A stretch of DNA of 64,000 nt from IMG/VR virus record IMGVR_UViG_3300029922_000004; one strand, given 5' to 3'. How positions within the stretch are numbered: the stretch's first letter is position 1; each line of letters starts with the position of its first letter. This document shows positions 25,778 to 35,688 of this stretch, piece after piece. The notes beneath the pieces are model-generated. The model was given only the letters and a program-made list of their open reading frames with translations, was not told the DNA's origin and did no database searches. Made by a program: the position numbers and the translations under genes. The stretch is from a virus.

Positions 25778-26083
25778 ATGATTCACCACTTAAATAAAAT
25801 TCGACTTTTCAACCCAACCAGCAATTTATATCGCTACCCCGACCAAACGGGTCATTTTTACGTTCATCACGTTGGAAAACTTTTGGTTTGGGATAATGTG
25901 GATGTTTGGAGGTATCCATACGAGTTCAAATACGTCACAGCTACGATACAGCATTTCTTGGGGAAAATAGACGGAAAAGGTCAGGAGGTGTGGGAGGGCA
26001 ATATTTCAATTTTAGAGATTTCAAATTTATCTTTAGAACGGACTCTTTGGTTGAGAATGTCATTATTGTGTGACAGTGATTAA
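25778..26083 (+). CDS. Divergent YopX-like protein
   Basis: QHFLGKIDGKGQEVWEGNI resembles YopX 'QFTGLKDKNGKEIYEGDI'. Confidence 0.45.
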   Translation: MIHHLNKIRLFNPTSNLYRYPDQTGHFYVHHVGKLLVWDNVDVWRYPYEFKYVTATIQHFLGKIDGKGQEVWEGNISILEISNLSLERTLWLRMSLLCDSD

Positions 26084-26101
26084 GGTTTGTGAATTTTTAA
26101 C

Positions 26102-26130
26102 TTGACTTTCCCCGAAAAATGCTTTAATAT
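26102..26130 (+). promoter_or_regulatory. Promoter with CGAAA box; ATG 6 nt downstream
   Basis: TTGACT-TTCCC-CGAAAAATGCTT-TAATAT-tggtgg-ATG. Confidence 0.75.
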
Positions 26131-26136
26131 TGGTGG

Positions 26137-28041
26137 ATGGATTTCAAAGACATTCAAGCCAAGCGTCAAAAACTTGCTGACGCCAAGGTTTATCTTAAAT
26201 CATTATTTATTGGTCTCGACGACATAATTGACCAGATTATTGACAATATGGAGGCGTGGTATTTAATGCCTGACATGATTAACCGTCCCATTATCATAAA
26301 TCTTTGGGGCCTGACTGGCGTGGGTAAAACCGATTTGGTTCGCAAACTCGTTAAATTCTTCAAATTCACGGATAAGTATCTCGAAATTCAAATGGATACA
26401 AAATCTACCTACCACAAGTCAATCAAGTCAATTCTTTTAGACAGCAATATCGAAGAAGGAGAGGCGGGGGTTATTCTATTGGACGAAATTCAGCGTTTTC
26501 GCTCTATTGACGACACTGGCAAAGAAATTTTTGATAAAGATTTCCAAGATGTCTGGATGCTTCTCTCCGACGGAAAGTTTAGCGGCACCAGCGCAAAATC
26601 AGAACTCATTGAAGAAGTAATGAATATGATGTATTCTAAAGAACTTAAATTAAATGGCAATAACGACGAAGAGGATGAATTGACTGGTATTAAGAAACAG
26701 AATACCGGCAAAAAACTCAAACCCCACAAATTGAAATTCAAAATGGGGATTTACCGCGCGAAACATTTAAAGAAACTTGCTCGCCTAAAGGAAAGCGTCG
26801 AAGAGATTATGGGCTGGAATGAAGACATTGTTTTAGACAAACTCACCGACTTAATCAAGAATGGTTCAAATTCAGACTTTGAAGTGGACTATAGCAAGTG
26901 TCTTATTTTTGTCAGCGGGAATATTGACGAAGCCTATGCGATGTCAAATATGGTCGAAGACGCGGATATTGACGCGAATACTCTTCACGCCCATTCTAAA
27001 AAAATCAACGTCATTAACATCAAAAAAGCCCTTCAAAAACGCTTCAAACCCGAACAAATTGCCCGCTTCGGCAATACTCATATTCTATATCCCTCCCTTA
27101 GTTCGGAGAATTATCGGACTCTTATCAATAAATGCCTCAAGGAAACACTCGTTTTTGCTAGTAACTATTTGAAAATTAGCAAGGTTGAATATGAGGATAG
27201 TATTGTTGATTTCATTTACAGGAACGGCGTCTATCCCGCGCAGGGAGTTAGGCCAGTTTTTAGCACAGTGAATAGCATATTTAATAATACGATACCCAAG
27301 ATTATCCTTTATAGTAAAGAAAATAATCTCCGCGCGGTGAAACTTGCGATTATTGATAAAACCATTCTCGTTATTGAGGGAACGAACTTTAGACTTTCGC
27401 TCAATGGAGTCTTGGATAATATTAAACGGGACATTAATGATGACAAGAAAACGTTAATCAGTGTTCACGAATGCGGCCACGCGATTGTTTATGCGTATTT
27501 ATTTGGCGTCGTCCCGCAAGAAATAAAAAGCTCAATATCTTCATTTGAGGGCGGTTATACACTTAGCAATAAACTAATCGGTTCCAAGCAGCAAATATTA
27601 AATAATACTGTTGTTCGTTTGGCTGGTCAAGCGGCGGAAGAAATCGTTTTCGGGGAATCCTACAAAAGCAACGGAGTGGGAAGCGACATTAACAAGGCCA
27701 CGTCTGATATAATGACGATGTTGCGTAGGCATGGATTGGGGAAAAATATATCCCTTACTGTTTCTGCCAACCACGAGGAATCGTCAACAGCAAATGTAAA
27801 TGCCGCAACATCAGAACGCGAATGCGAAAAACTCTTAATCAAGGCTCGGACACAGGCCATCAAGATTCTCCGCTCATTCGGACGATTACTCAAAGAGACC
27901 TCTACCGAACTTTTCGATAAAGGAAGCATTGAACCAAACAAATTTCAATCACAACTCGCCAAGCACGGAATTAATGCAAAAATTGTAAGCCCCGAAGTGG
28001 AATTGACCGTGGATTATAAAGGCTTATTGAAGAGATTTTAA
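26137..28041 (+). CDS. Soluble AAA+ ATPase fused to an M41 (FtsH-type) zinc peptidase domain
   Basis: Walker A GLTGVGKT, Walker B ILLDE, HECGH zinc motif, LAGQAAEEIVFG and GVGSDINKAT as in the FtsH protease domain; no TM segment. Confidence 0.85.
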   Translation: MDFKDIQAKRQKLADAKVYLKSLFIGLDDIIDQIIDNMEAWYLMPDMINRPIIINLWGLTGVGKTDLVRKLVKFFKFTDKYLEIQMDTKSTYHKSIKSILLDSNIEEGEAGVILLDEIQRFRSIDDTGKEIFDKDFQDVWMLLSDGKFSGTSAKSELIEEVMNMMYSKELKLNGNNDEEDELTGIKKQNTGKKLKPHKLKFKMGIYRAKHLKKLARLKESVEEIMGWNEDIVLDKLTDLIKNGSNSDFEVDYSKCLIFVSGNIDEAYAMSNMVEDADIDANTLHAHSKKINVINIKKALQKRFKPEQIARFGNTHILYPSLSSENYRTLINKCLKETLVFASNYLKISKVEYEDSIVDFIYRNGVYPAQGVRPVFSTVNSIFNNTIPKIILYSKENNLRAVKLAIIDKTILVIEGTNFRLSLNGVLDNIKRDINDDKKTLISVHECGHAIVYAYLFGVVPQEIKSSISSFEGGYTLSNKLIGSKQQILNNTVVRLAGQAAEEIVFGESYKSNGVGSDINKATSDIMTMLRRHGLGKNISLTVSANHEESSTANVNAATSERECEKLLIKARTQAIKILRSFGRLLKETSTELFDKGSIEPNKFQSQLAKHGINAKIVSPEVELTVDYKGLLKRF

Positions 28042-28110
28042 TTCTTGGCAAATCCCGAAAATCCAATTAAAATAGGTAGTGATTACTCCCCAGAATAAAT
28101 TCTGGGGCTT

Positions 28111-29187
28111 CTAGGCTTGCACCAAAGACGCTAATCCACGTCTTAAAATATTACGAGCCGCGTTAATGTCACGGTCGATTTTGTTTCCACATCCACAATT
28201 CATCATTCTATCGTCCAGCGACAGATTGTGGATTTTTCCACACGAATTGCACGTCTTGGAAGTATTGCTTGGATTCACGCGGATGAGTTTCCTACCGGCA
28301 CTTGCAGCCTTGTAGGACAGCATCTGCGCGAATTGCGCCCAAGATACGTCGTTATACGTTCTATTGATATTCCGAATGTCACCACTGGAAAGTTTTTTAA
28401 TGTCCAAATCCTCGATTACAACTATGCCATTTTCGGCGATGAGACGGTTGGAAAGTTTGTGGTTGAAGTCGAGACGTTGGTTAGTGATTTTGCGAAAAAT
28501 ATTACCGACGACGCGGCTGCGTTTTTTTCTGGCAAGACTGCCCTTTTCTTCTTTATCGCGCCTAGACGCGGCTTTCTTTATTCGTTTTAGGTTAAGGCGT
28601 AGAAATTTCGGAGACTCAAACTTTTCTCCTGCGGAAGTTGTAACGAAAGTTTTCAGCCCGAAATCCAATCCGATTGCGTCTTTACTGGGCGTATAAATCT
28701 TCATAGGTGCGTCAACCGTAAAACTTGCGAAGAATTGCCCGCTTTGATATTTTACAGTGACGCGGGAATATTTTGTCAGAGTTCGGTGAGAAATCATTGG
28801 GATATTACCGACGTGCTGGATGTAAAGTTTGGAGCCTATCGCCTTTGCCCCGTCACCCGCCGCAAATTCTATTGACGAAAGCATTTTTTTGAAGCGCGGG
28901 AATCCGGGTTTCTGTCCCAATTTTACGCGGCGGAAGAAATTTTGGAAGGCTTTATCCAAGCGTCTTACCGTTTGTTGCAATGACGAGACATTGGTCTTGT
29001 CTTTAAATTTCGGAACGTTGGCTTTAATCTGGTCTATCGCTGACGGTGAAGATTTGGTTTTCTCATAAACGTCAATTCGTTCTTGTCGGCAAAAATTGTA
29101 GAGTTCACAATGCTTTGCCATTTGCCGGAAGAGTTCACGTTTCTGATGCTTCGACGGATAAATACGAAATTTTATTACGGACTTCAT
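28111..29187 (-). CDS. tnpB: TnpB RNA-guided endonuclease
   Basis: KFRIYP start; RuvC D (IGLDFG), E (VIEDL), D (DRDINAARNI); zinc ribbon TSKTCNSCG...CGCG. Confidence 0.93.
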   Translation of the reverse strand: MKSVIKFRIYPSKHQKRELFRQMAKHCELYNFCRQERIDVYEKTKSSPSAIDQIKANVPKFKDKTNVSSLQQTVRRLDKAFQNFFRRVKLGQKPGFPRFKKMLSSIEFAAGDGAKAIGSKLYIQHVGNIPMISHRTLTKYSRVTVKYQSGQFFASFTVDAPMKIYTPSKDAIGLDFGLKTFVTTSAGEKFESPKFLRLNLKRIKKAASRRDKEEKGSLARKKRSRVVGNIFRKITNQRLDFNHKLSNRLIAENGIVVIEDLDIKKLSSGDIRNINRTYNDVSWAQFAQMLSYKAASAGRKLIRVNPSNTSKTCNSCGKIHNLSLDDRMMNCGCGNKIDRDINAARNILRRGLASLVQA

Positions 29188-29573
29188 CGGCTCTTCTGAT
29201 TTTCGATATACATTTTTACGACGGAATCAGAGACACTTCCAACCGTTCCTACATAATAAGACGCCGCCCATAGGTGAGGTAGTCGCGTAAGCTGCGGATA
29301 TTTTTCACGCAGGAAACGAGCGGTTGCTCCTTTAAGCCTTTTGACGATAATATGCGGACTTAACTTCGGCGGGGAACTTACGAAAGCGTGAACGTGGTCT
29401 GGCATTATTGCCAACGACAAAACTTCAATTTGGCTATTCGCAGCGGTCGTTCTTATGATAGATTCGCAGTCGGTGGCGATTGCATCTACCAATACAGCTT
29501 TGCGTCTTTTCGGACAAAAGACGATGTGATAATTGATATTATACGCGCAATGACTACGAATTTTCGCTTCCAT
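29184..29573 (-). CDS. tnpA: IS200-type Y1 HUH transposase
   Basis: YHIVFCPKRRK, MPDHVH (HUH), KRLKGATAR, LWAASYYVGTVG...YIENQ. Confidence 0.95.
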   Translation of the reverse strand: MEAKIRSHCAYNINYHIVFCPKRRKAVLVDAIATDCESIIRTTAANSQIEVLSLAIMPDHVHAFVSSPPKLSPHIIVKRLKGATARFLREKYPQLTRLPHLWAASYYVGTVGSVSDSVVKMYIENQKSR

Positions 29574-29613
29574 GACTATATTTACACTAAAAACGCGGCT
29601 TGTGAAAATAAAT

Positions 29614-29704
29614 CTTGACTTTTTATGAAAAACCTGCTAACCTCGTTTCAGGTCGGATTCCCCACGGGAATAAATTCCCGTGTCCCCTCCTCGAAATTTA
29701 TGGA
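29614..29704 (+). repeat. 91-bp direct repeat copy 1 (IS left end with outward promoter and target)
   Basis: Identical to 30946-31036 by direct comparison. Confidence 0.9.
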
Positions 29705-30344
29705 TATTAAAGAATTCAATATAATCAAATTCCCCGCCGTCATCTTTAGTGACAGCCACACGAATTTATCTAATATCCGCCGGTTAAAGGAGTTATACCC
29801 TGATAGTCAATTTTTCTCTCTGGGAGATATTTGTCAACTTTTTGCGAAAAAGGGAGATAAAAGTAACGAACTATCCATTCAATACTTCATTGATAATAAA
29901 ATTCCCTCTTTGGACTCAAACCATGAATCACATATTTGCGGGGTGGAAGACGGAAATCATTTGTTAGTCTTGGATAAAAGCCACACGATAGATTCTGGAT
30001 ATGATTTGCCGAAACATCAAGTAGAGTGGTTAACGAGTCTTCCGCGCGGATTTAAACTTATCCTTCCAAATGGGAAAAACTACTACTGTTTCCATAATCA
30101 ACCTCTAGACCTTTGGACTCACCCTGATAAAATTACCGAAATTGAATTTCGGGAAAAGTATATTTTTGATGACAACACGCTGGCGGTAATCTGCGGCCAT
30201 TGTCATACTAATAAAATAGATGAATTTACCCCAAAGAGAATCCTTATCGGTCAACTCGCGGGCGACGACCACCACACTAAATCCCAAAACGGCGGGAATT
30301 ATCTTCTATTGACTGAGAAGGGGTTAGAATTTAAAAAACTTTAA
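29700..30344 (+). CDS. Calcineurin-like metallophosphoesterase
   Basis: FSDSH, LGD, SNHE, FHNQP, CGHCH motifs; true start inferred at ATG 29700 (MDIKEF), since the ORF-track extension lies within the IS end. Confidence 0.85.
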   Translation: MDIKEFNIIKFPAVIFSDSHTNLSNIRRLKELYPDSQFFSLGDICQLFAKKGDKSNELSIQYFIDNKIPSLDSNHESHICGVEDGNHLLVLDKSHTIDSGYDLPKHQVEWLTSLPRGFKLILPNGKNYYCFHNQPLDLWTHPDKITEIEFREKYIFDDNTLAVICGHCHTNKIDEFTPKRILIGQLAGDDHHTKSQNGGNYLLLTEKGLEFKKL

Positions 30345-30924
30345 ATATAAAGTATCGGCGTGAATCGCCCCGAAGTCAGCTTAGAAGTAGGTAATCCGGT
30401 TTTCGTAATCTCATACCACTTAGCGGCGAACTCTTTGTTCCATTGGTATAGCAATCCAGAACTGACACCCGTATAACCCGTCGCCTCATAATAGAAATTT
30501 CCAGTCCCCGCGCCGCTCAATTCCGAAAGTCCCGTGGGTAATTGGTGAAGGCGGGTTTGAAAATCCCAAGAGTGTCCAGTGATGTATGCCATAATTAATT
30601 CGGGGAAAGAAAAATTCCCTTGTCCGTTTCTGGTTCTGCATTAGTTAAAACTTCCATAAATAAATCTAATTCTTCCCCTTGAAGTTCCACCTTACTTTGG
30701 AGGTTTGTAAAATCGGTTTTGAGTTGGGTTATGTTTTCGGTTTTATCGCCGAGGTTGTGGCCGACCCACTGGTTGACATTTTTAATATCGGACGTGTTTT
30801 GGTGAACCTGCCAATATGTTGTAAAAATTCCCGCGATTATACCCAAAATTGTGATGATTTGACCGCCGGTAATGACAAAATGGCGGTGTTTTTTCCAAGT
30901 TTTCTTGAATTTTTTGAGTTTCAC
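30341..30924 (-). CDS. Two small ORFs (30341-30592; 30595-30924 single-TM plus coiled coil)
   Basis: ORF track; basic N-terminus, hydrophobic segment, heptads in the second. Confidence 0.55.
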
Positions 30925-30945
30925 AAGGGTAATTACACATTTTGA

Positions 30946-31036
30946 CTTGACTTTTTATGAAAAACCTGCTAACCTCGTTTCAGGTCGGATTCCCCACGGG
31001 AATAAATTCCCGTGTCCCCTCCTCGAAATTTATGGA
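30946..31036 (+). repeat. 91-bp direct repeat copy 2 (solo IS left end)
   Basis: Identical to 29614-29704; no transposase or right-end hairpin adjacent. Confidence 0.9.
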
Positions 31037-31048
31037 ATATAATAGAGT

Positions 31049-31678
31049 ATGAATCTACTGAAACCCCATGTTCTAGTTTTGAATAATGGCTGGTTGCCAA
31101 TCGGGGTGACAACATTTAAGAAGGCGTTGGTATGTCTTTGCTCTGAGGGTAATGGGTCGCTTGTCGCCAAGGCTCTTGATATTTGCTACAAAGAAATCAG
31201 TGATGGGGTCTGGGACTTTGACTCCCCTACGGCCATCAACGCGGTCCCATTTGAGGAATGGGTGAACTTGCCGGTGAGACCATTCGACCTAGCCGTAAAT
31301 ACGCCTAATAAACAAATTAGATTACCTTCAATTATTGTAACTCTGCAATTTTCTAAAATGCCTATGCGGAAAGTTCGCGCCACGAGTAAGAATATCATGG
31401 AGAGGGATAATTATACCTGTCAATACACTGGGGTAAAACTGCCTAAGTCTAAACTTTCATTGGACCATATTCATCCCCGCGCTCTTGGCGGGAAAGAGAC
31501 TTTCACAAATTTAGTGACATGCTCCAAAGAAATTAATTCAAAAAAGGGTCACAAAACTAACGAAGAAGCTGGCTTAAAATTAATTCGCCGCCCCTCAGAG
31601 CCTCTACCTATGCCAGCTTCGGCTTTAATAAAAGAAATCCGCAGCCGTGATTGGGCAATCTTTATCAACAAAAGATAA
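31049..31678 (+). CDS. HNH endonuclease (McrA-like bacterial-type family)
   Basis: VLVLNNGWLPI; RDNYTCQYTG...LSLDHIHPRALGGKETFTNLVTCSKEINSKKG. Confidence 0.88.
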   Translation: MNLLKPHVLVLNNGWLPIGVTTFKKALVCLCSEGNGSLVAKALDICYKEISDGVWDFDSPTAINAVPFEEWVNLPVRPFDLAVNTPNKQIRLPSIIVTLQFSKMPMRKVRATSKNIMERDNYTCQYTGVKLPKSKLSLDHIHPRALGGKETFTNLVTCSKEINSKKGHKTNEEAGLKLIRRPSEPLPMPASALIKEIRSRDWAIFINKR

Positions 31679-31718
31679 AGTTCTTGACTTTTCCCGAAAA
31701 CCCTGCTATCATTTCTCA

Positions 31719-34700
31719 ATGAGTAAATCAAAGAAAACCGGCCAAGACTGGAGCGAACTCCTTGAAATTCGCATCCTCTCTCCTGATGGATGGTCTAATC
31801 ACAAACAATTTGCGAGCGAACTAATTACAAAATTGGAATTCCTCAACCGCGCGGCGGTCAGCACAGTGGAAAAACGCGCCGATATTAGTCGGCGGGCGGT
31901 TGCGAAGATTTTGAAAGAAATATGACCTACGGCATCTTTAACATCACCAAAAATAAATGGCTCCTTGACGAAAATTTCCAAGTTGTCGTATTCGATTCTC
32001 TATCCAAGGCCAAGCGGGGACTTGATGAAGTCAACCAAATTAAAACCCTCAGCCGCCGGACGAAAGATTACGAATACGAGATAAGGGAAGACCCCGATTT
32101 AAGTGAGTCGTTTGATTTAAACAAGTATGAGCCTCTTAGCTGATATTAACAACGCCATTTACCACTACGTCGAAAAGAACGGCAGACAACCGACCGCTAT
32201 TTCGATAGGGTCTAATGCTAGGCAGGATTTATTGGACATTTTAGACGTAAGATTGTCTAAATCCAACAATGACAAATCTTATTATCAAGAGGTAATTTAT
32301 GGCTGTAAAATCAAATGGGTTAAAAGGAAAAACTACCTAGAATGTCTCCCGCGTCCTAAACGGATAAAACAATGGAAGCGCGAATATGACTGTGTTTTTA
32401 CATGAAAAAATCCAAACTAACTAAATTCCAAAAATGGTGGGAAAACAAAGGCTGCTTCATGCGTCAAGGAGCCGCTGGGGACGCAATTGAAACCTCCAAA
32501 GAGTCTTGGAATGCCGCCGTTAAACACATTTTAAAATCTCTCCAATATCGCAATCGTCAATTTGAGGGTAATTGGCAACACGAAGACATTGATTATTTAA
32601 TCGAAGACTTAAAGGGGATGATTGAAAAATGAAATACGGCATCTTTACTCAATACCAATACTGGTGGGATTTTTACTGTAAACAGATTATTAATGCTGGC
32701 CGGTATAAGGGTTACAAAACTCTGCCTATGATAGAGTGGACGCGAGACCGAATTCTTTTACAGGACGGGACTGATATTAGATGGATTAATACAAGATGGG
32801 ATTTTCATAATAAAATCTGCGGACTGAGATTGGATAGAATTTTTGTGGCGGATAAACTATCGGCAGAGGATATGATATATGTGAAGATGGCGTGGAACGG
32901 ATATTTTAATAAATAATTTATGCAATGTGGGGATATCAAACGGTTTGTAAAGCATGTGGGAATTTATTAGGCTCCACGTCTGGAATTGACTCTATTAATT
33001 ATACAATTTGCAAAAACTGTAAAACAACTATGAAAATCAACGAACTAAAAATAGGTGACAAAATCAAATTCAAACTCGACCAAGACGTTCACGTTACTAC
33101 TATAGTAGAAATTACTGAATCTAAAATCCTCACCACACATTTAGGAAGATGGCTTCGGGGTGGCGAATTCTGGATTCGTCACGACCAAGTAATTTGCAAA
33201 CTTGAATCCGTGCCAGATAAGGAAATACCAATCGAATTTCCCGCACCGCCATTTGAATTTATGTTTCAGCCTCAAGAAGCGAGCGTTCGTAATAATATTG
33301 ATGAATATGGTAATTATTACTATCCGTTAAAGCCTCGTATTATCAACACTTTTACAGAAGTAAAGGGCATTAATAATAAAAGCGAACCAGTTAGTCTTTT
33401 AATTCCGTATTCGCTGATATTCAAGTCTAATACGAATTATAAAGTTACCATCGAAGAAATTCCTTGACCCCCGCCGAAAACTCTGCTAGGATTGCTTATG
33501 GACGAAATTGAAAAGCCGGAAATTAATAAAAAGTTTGACCCGATTATCGCCGCGCTCAAGAAGATTGGGTTGAAGCCGTTATTTTCTACAACTCATCCCC
33601 GCGATTACATATATGCCGTCGAATGCCTATCCCCGCAATGCAGGGAATTCTGGCCTCCAAATTACAAACCTACACACGAAAAGACCTGTACAAATCCACA
33701 CCGCAAATTAGACGAGAAAGAAATCCAAAAGATAATGGCGAAAAATTTATGAAAAGTTCTAAAAATCCCTACCCCGCGATTACTGCTTTAGGCGTCAAAA
33801 TTTATGATGAGCCTATCGCGCACGTTTTTCCAGAAGATATTAAAGTCGTCCTGACGAAAAAACAACAAAAATTATTTAATACTTACTTCGGAAGTCAGAC
33901 GTGTCCCCTAATTGGCGATAAACAGGCTTTATATCCGTGGGATTGTGAATCGGTTATAGTTAGAATGACTAGTGGAAAATTACAAGGAAGCCAACTTTTC
34001 TGGGATTAGATGAAACCCGCACCACAACCTAGTCAGGGCAAAGGCTCAAAGAGTCGTATTCAGAACTTAAAATCCTACCGCGAAAACTACGATGAAATAT
34101 TTAATAAGCAGCCTTTAACGACACCCAAAGAATCTGAGGACGAAGATTTAAATTCCTGCGCGGCGTGTGGAGAATATGCGTGGGATGGTTATATTTGTCA
34201 TAATTGCGGATTTAAAAAATTTTAGCCTTGACAAAAGAGGAAAATCAAGTTAATATTAGTTATGGCCAGTAAAGAATTCAACATCAAAATCACCAAAGAG
34301 GGCCTTGAGACTATCATCGCGGCTCTGGAAGTCTACTCAAGAGTGGGTCTCAAACAGTGGAATTACGTTTTTGACGTTTTGCCGGAATGGTGGGATTTAG
34401 AAGTTGACCAGCGGGAATATTTATTGAACCATTTGAGAGTTGACTTGAAAGATAATAATTACGGTATCTACCACGAAAAAGTAGCCAAATTCAACAAGGC
34501 TTTCCAGATTAAAAAACAAATTGAAAAATATGTCGCCCTAGACGAAACCGACGGAGTGATTGAACATTTATCTACCAGAACTGACGGAGCATTGAAAGAT
34601 TACGATTATCTCCCGCGATTTGTTGATGAAAAAGGCGCGGCGGTGGTTCACGAAAAACGTTTTAAAATCCCCAAAGTAATGCAACACAATCTCCGCACTT

Positions 34701-34852
34701 TGGCGGAACAGAAAAATTGGGAGTTAATTTGGAAACTAATTGACAAAAACGTTAAATTTGGCAATCTCCGTGCTAACTCCACCCGAATTAGTGATGATTT
34801 TACAGAAGTAATTTTAAGCAAGCCCTATCTTTTAAGAAAAACACAATTATGA
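31719..34852 (+). CDS. Array of short hypothetical ORFs (31719-31925, 31922-32143, 32127-32405, 32402-32632, 32629-32916, about 32925-33467, 33498-33752, about 33749-34009, 34010-34225, 34262-34852)
   Basis: Co-oriented with overlapping stop/start codons and interspersed leaderless-type promoters at 31684, 33464 and 34228. Confidence 0.6.
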
Positions 34853-35000
34853 ACCACGACCACGAAATACAAGACAAATGGCAAAAAGCCCATAATCATC
34901 TCCAAGAAGAAGAAAAACAAAACGCGGCTAACGCCAAATTCCTATTTCGACTGTTCTTTTGGGGGATTGTCGGACTGTTGATATTCTGCTATTTCGCGCG

Positions 35001-35384
35001 ATGAAAGATTTAATTAAAAGGCTTCGCAGGTTTAACGCTTGGCGGCGCGGTGATGACCCGCGAACTTTTCCAGATTTGAATATCTCCCCCAAGCAAATCG
35101 GGCTGGATATTGACGCCGCTATTCGCGTCATAGAAAATTCACAATGTCTGGCAGATATTAGAAAGGATGCCATACTGGTTAATGAGAATTATCTCTACGA
35201 ATTGTGTGACGCCGTTACTCAACTTGAACGTCGCGGGTATAAGTTTTGTGTTGATTTTGGCTATGATAACGCGATTGAGAAATTCAATAGTTTAACGAAA
35301 AAAGCTGAGCCACCGCCGACTCGCGACGTGAACCGCGATAGCGGAACTGACAGCGCCAACAGCGGTTGGCTCGGCGACTTGTGA
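35001..35384 (+). CDS. Hypothetical protein reading through attC-like site 1
   Basis: MKDLIKRLRRFNAWRRGDD...; last ~30 codons are the repeat itself. Confidence 0.55.
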   Translation: MKDLIKRLRRFNAWRRGDDPRTFPDLNISPKQIGLDIDAAIRVIENSQCLADIRKDAILVNENYLYELCDAVTQLERRGYKFCVDFGYDNAIEKFNSLTKKAEPPPTRDVNRDSGTDSANSGWLGDL

Positions 35385-35387
35385 GGC
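35290..35387 (+). repeat. attC-like site 1 (98 bp)
   Basis: GTTTAAC ... GTGAGGC ends; internal inverted boxes GCTGAGCCACCG / CGGTTGGCTCGGC; 90 bp identical to copy 2. Confidence 0.7.
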
Positions 35388-35413
35388 GGATGGCTCACAA
35401 CTGACATAAAAAT

Positions 35414-35557
35414 ATGAATATGATAACTGAAATAGCGGTAACTATCTACGAACACCATCCAATCCTATTCTGGCCTTGGCTGGCTTTAGTCGTGGCTTGG
35501 CTTGTGGTGCTAATCTTATGGCTCATAACTGCAATCCAAATACTCACACGCCGATGA
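35414..35557 (+). CDS. 47-aa single-TM Trp-rich protein (cassette ORF)
   Basis: Hand translation MNMITEIAVTIYEHHPILFWPWLALVVAWLVVLILWLITAIQILTRR*; lies exactly between the two attC-like sites. Confidence 0.6.
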   Translation: MNMITEIAVTIYEHHPILFWPWLALVVAWLVVLILWLITAIQILTRR

Positions 35558-35567
35558 AACTCAATCC

Positions 35568-35665
35568 GCCTAACGAAAAAAGCTGAGCCACCGCCGACTC
35601 GCGACGTGAACCGCGATAGCGGAACTGACAGCGCCAACAGCGGTTGGCTCGGCGACTTGTTAGGC
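35568..35665 (+). repeat. attC-like site 2 (98 bp)
   Basis: Canonical RYYYAAC (GCCTAAC) and GTTRRRY (GTTAGGC) ends, extended complementarity ATCCGCCTAAC/GTTAGGCGGAT. Confidence 0.8.
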
Positions 35666-35688
35666 GGATGGACTACTTACATAAATTT

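Larger units (their letters stand above)
28079..29699 (-). mobile_element. IS200/IS605-family insertion sequence (tnpA + tnpB)
   Basis: Right end hairpin CCCCAGAAT-TT-ATTCTGGGG-AGTAATCAC; left end hairpin CACGGGAAT-TT-ATTCCCGTG; inferred target TCCAT at 29704-29700. Confidence 0.88.

Noticed and set aside
29625-29699. N-terminal 25 codons of ORF 29625-30344
   Set aside because: They derive from the IS left end (identical copy at 30946-31036); the phosphoesterase most likely starts at ATG 29700
35293-35660. CRISPR array interpretation of the two identical 90-bp repeats
   Set aside because: Repeats are far too long, the spacer is 188 bp and coding, there are only two copies and no cas genes; attC architecture fits better
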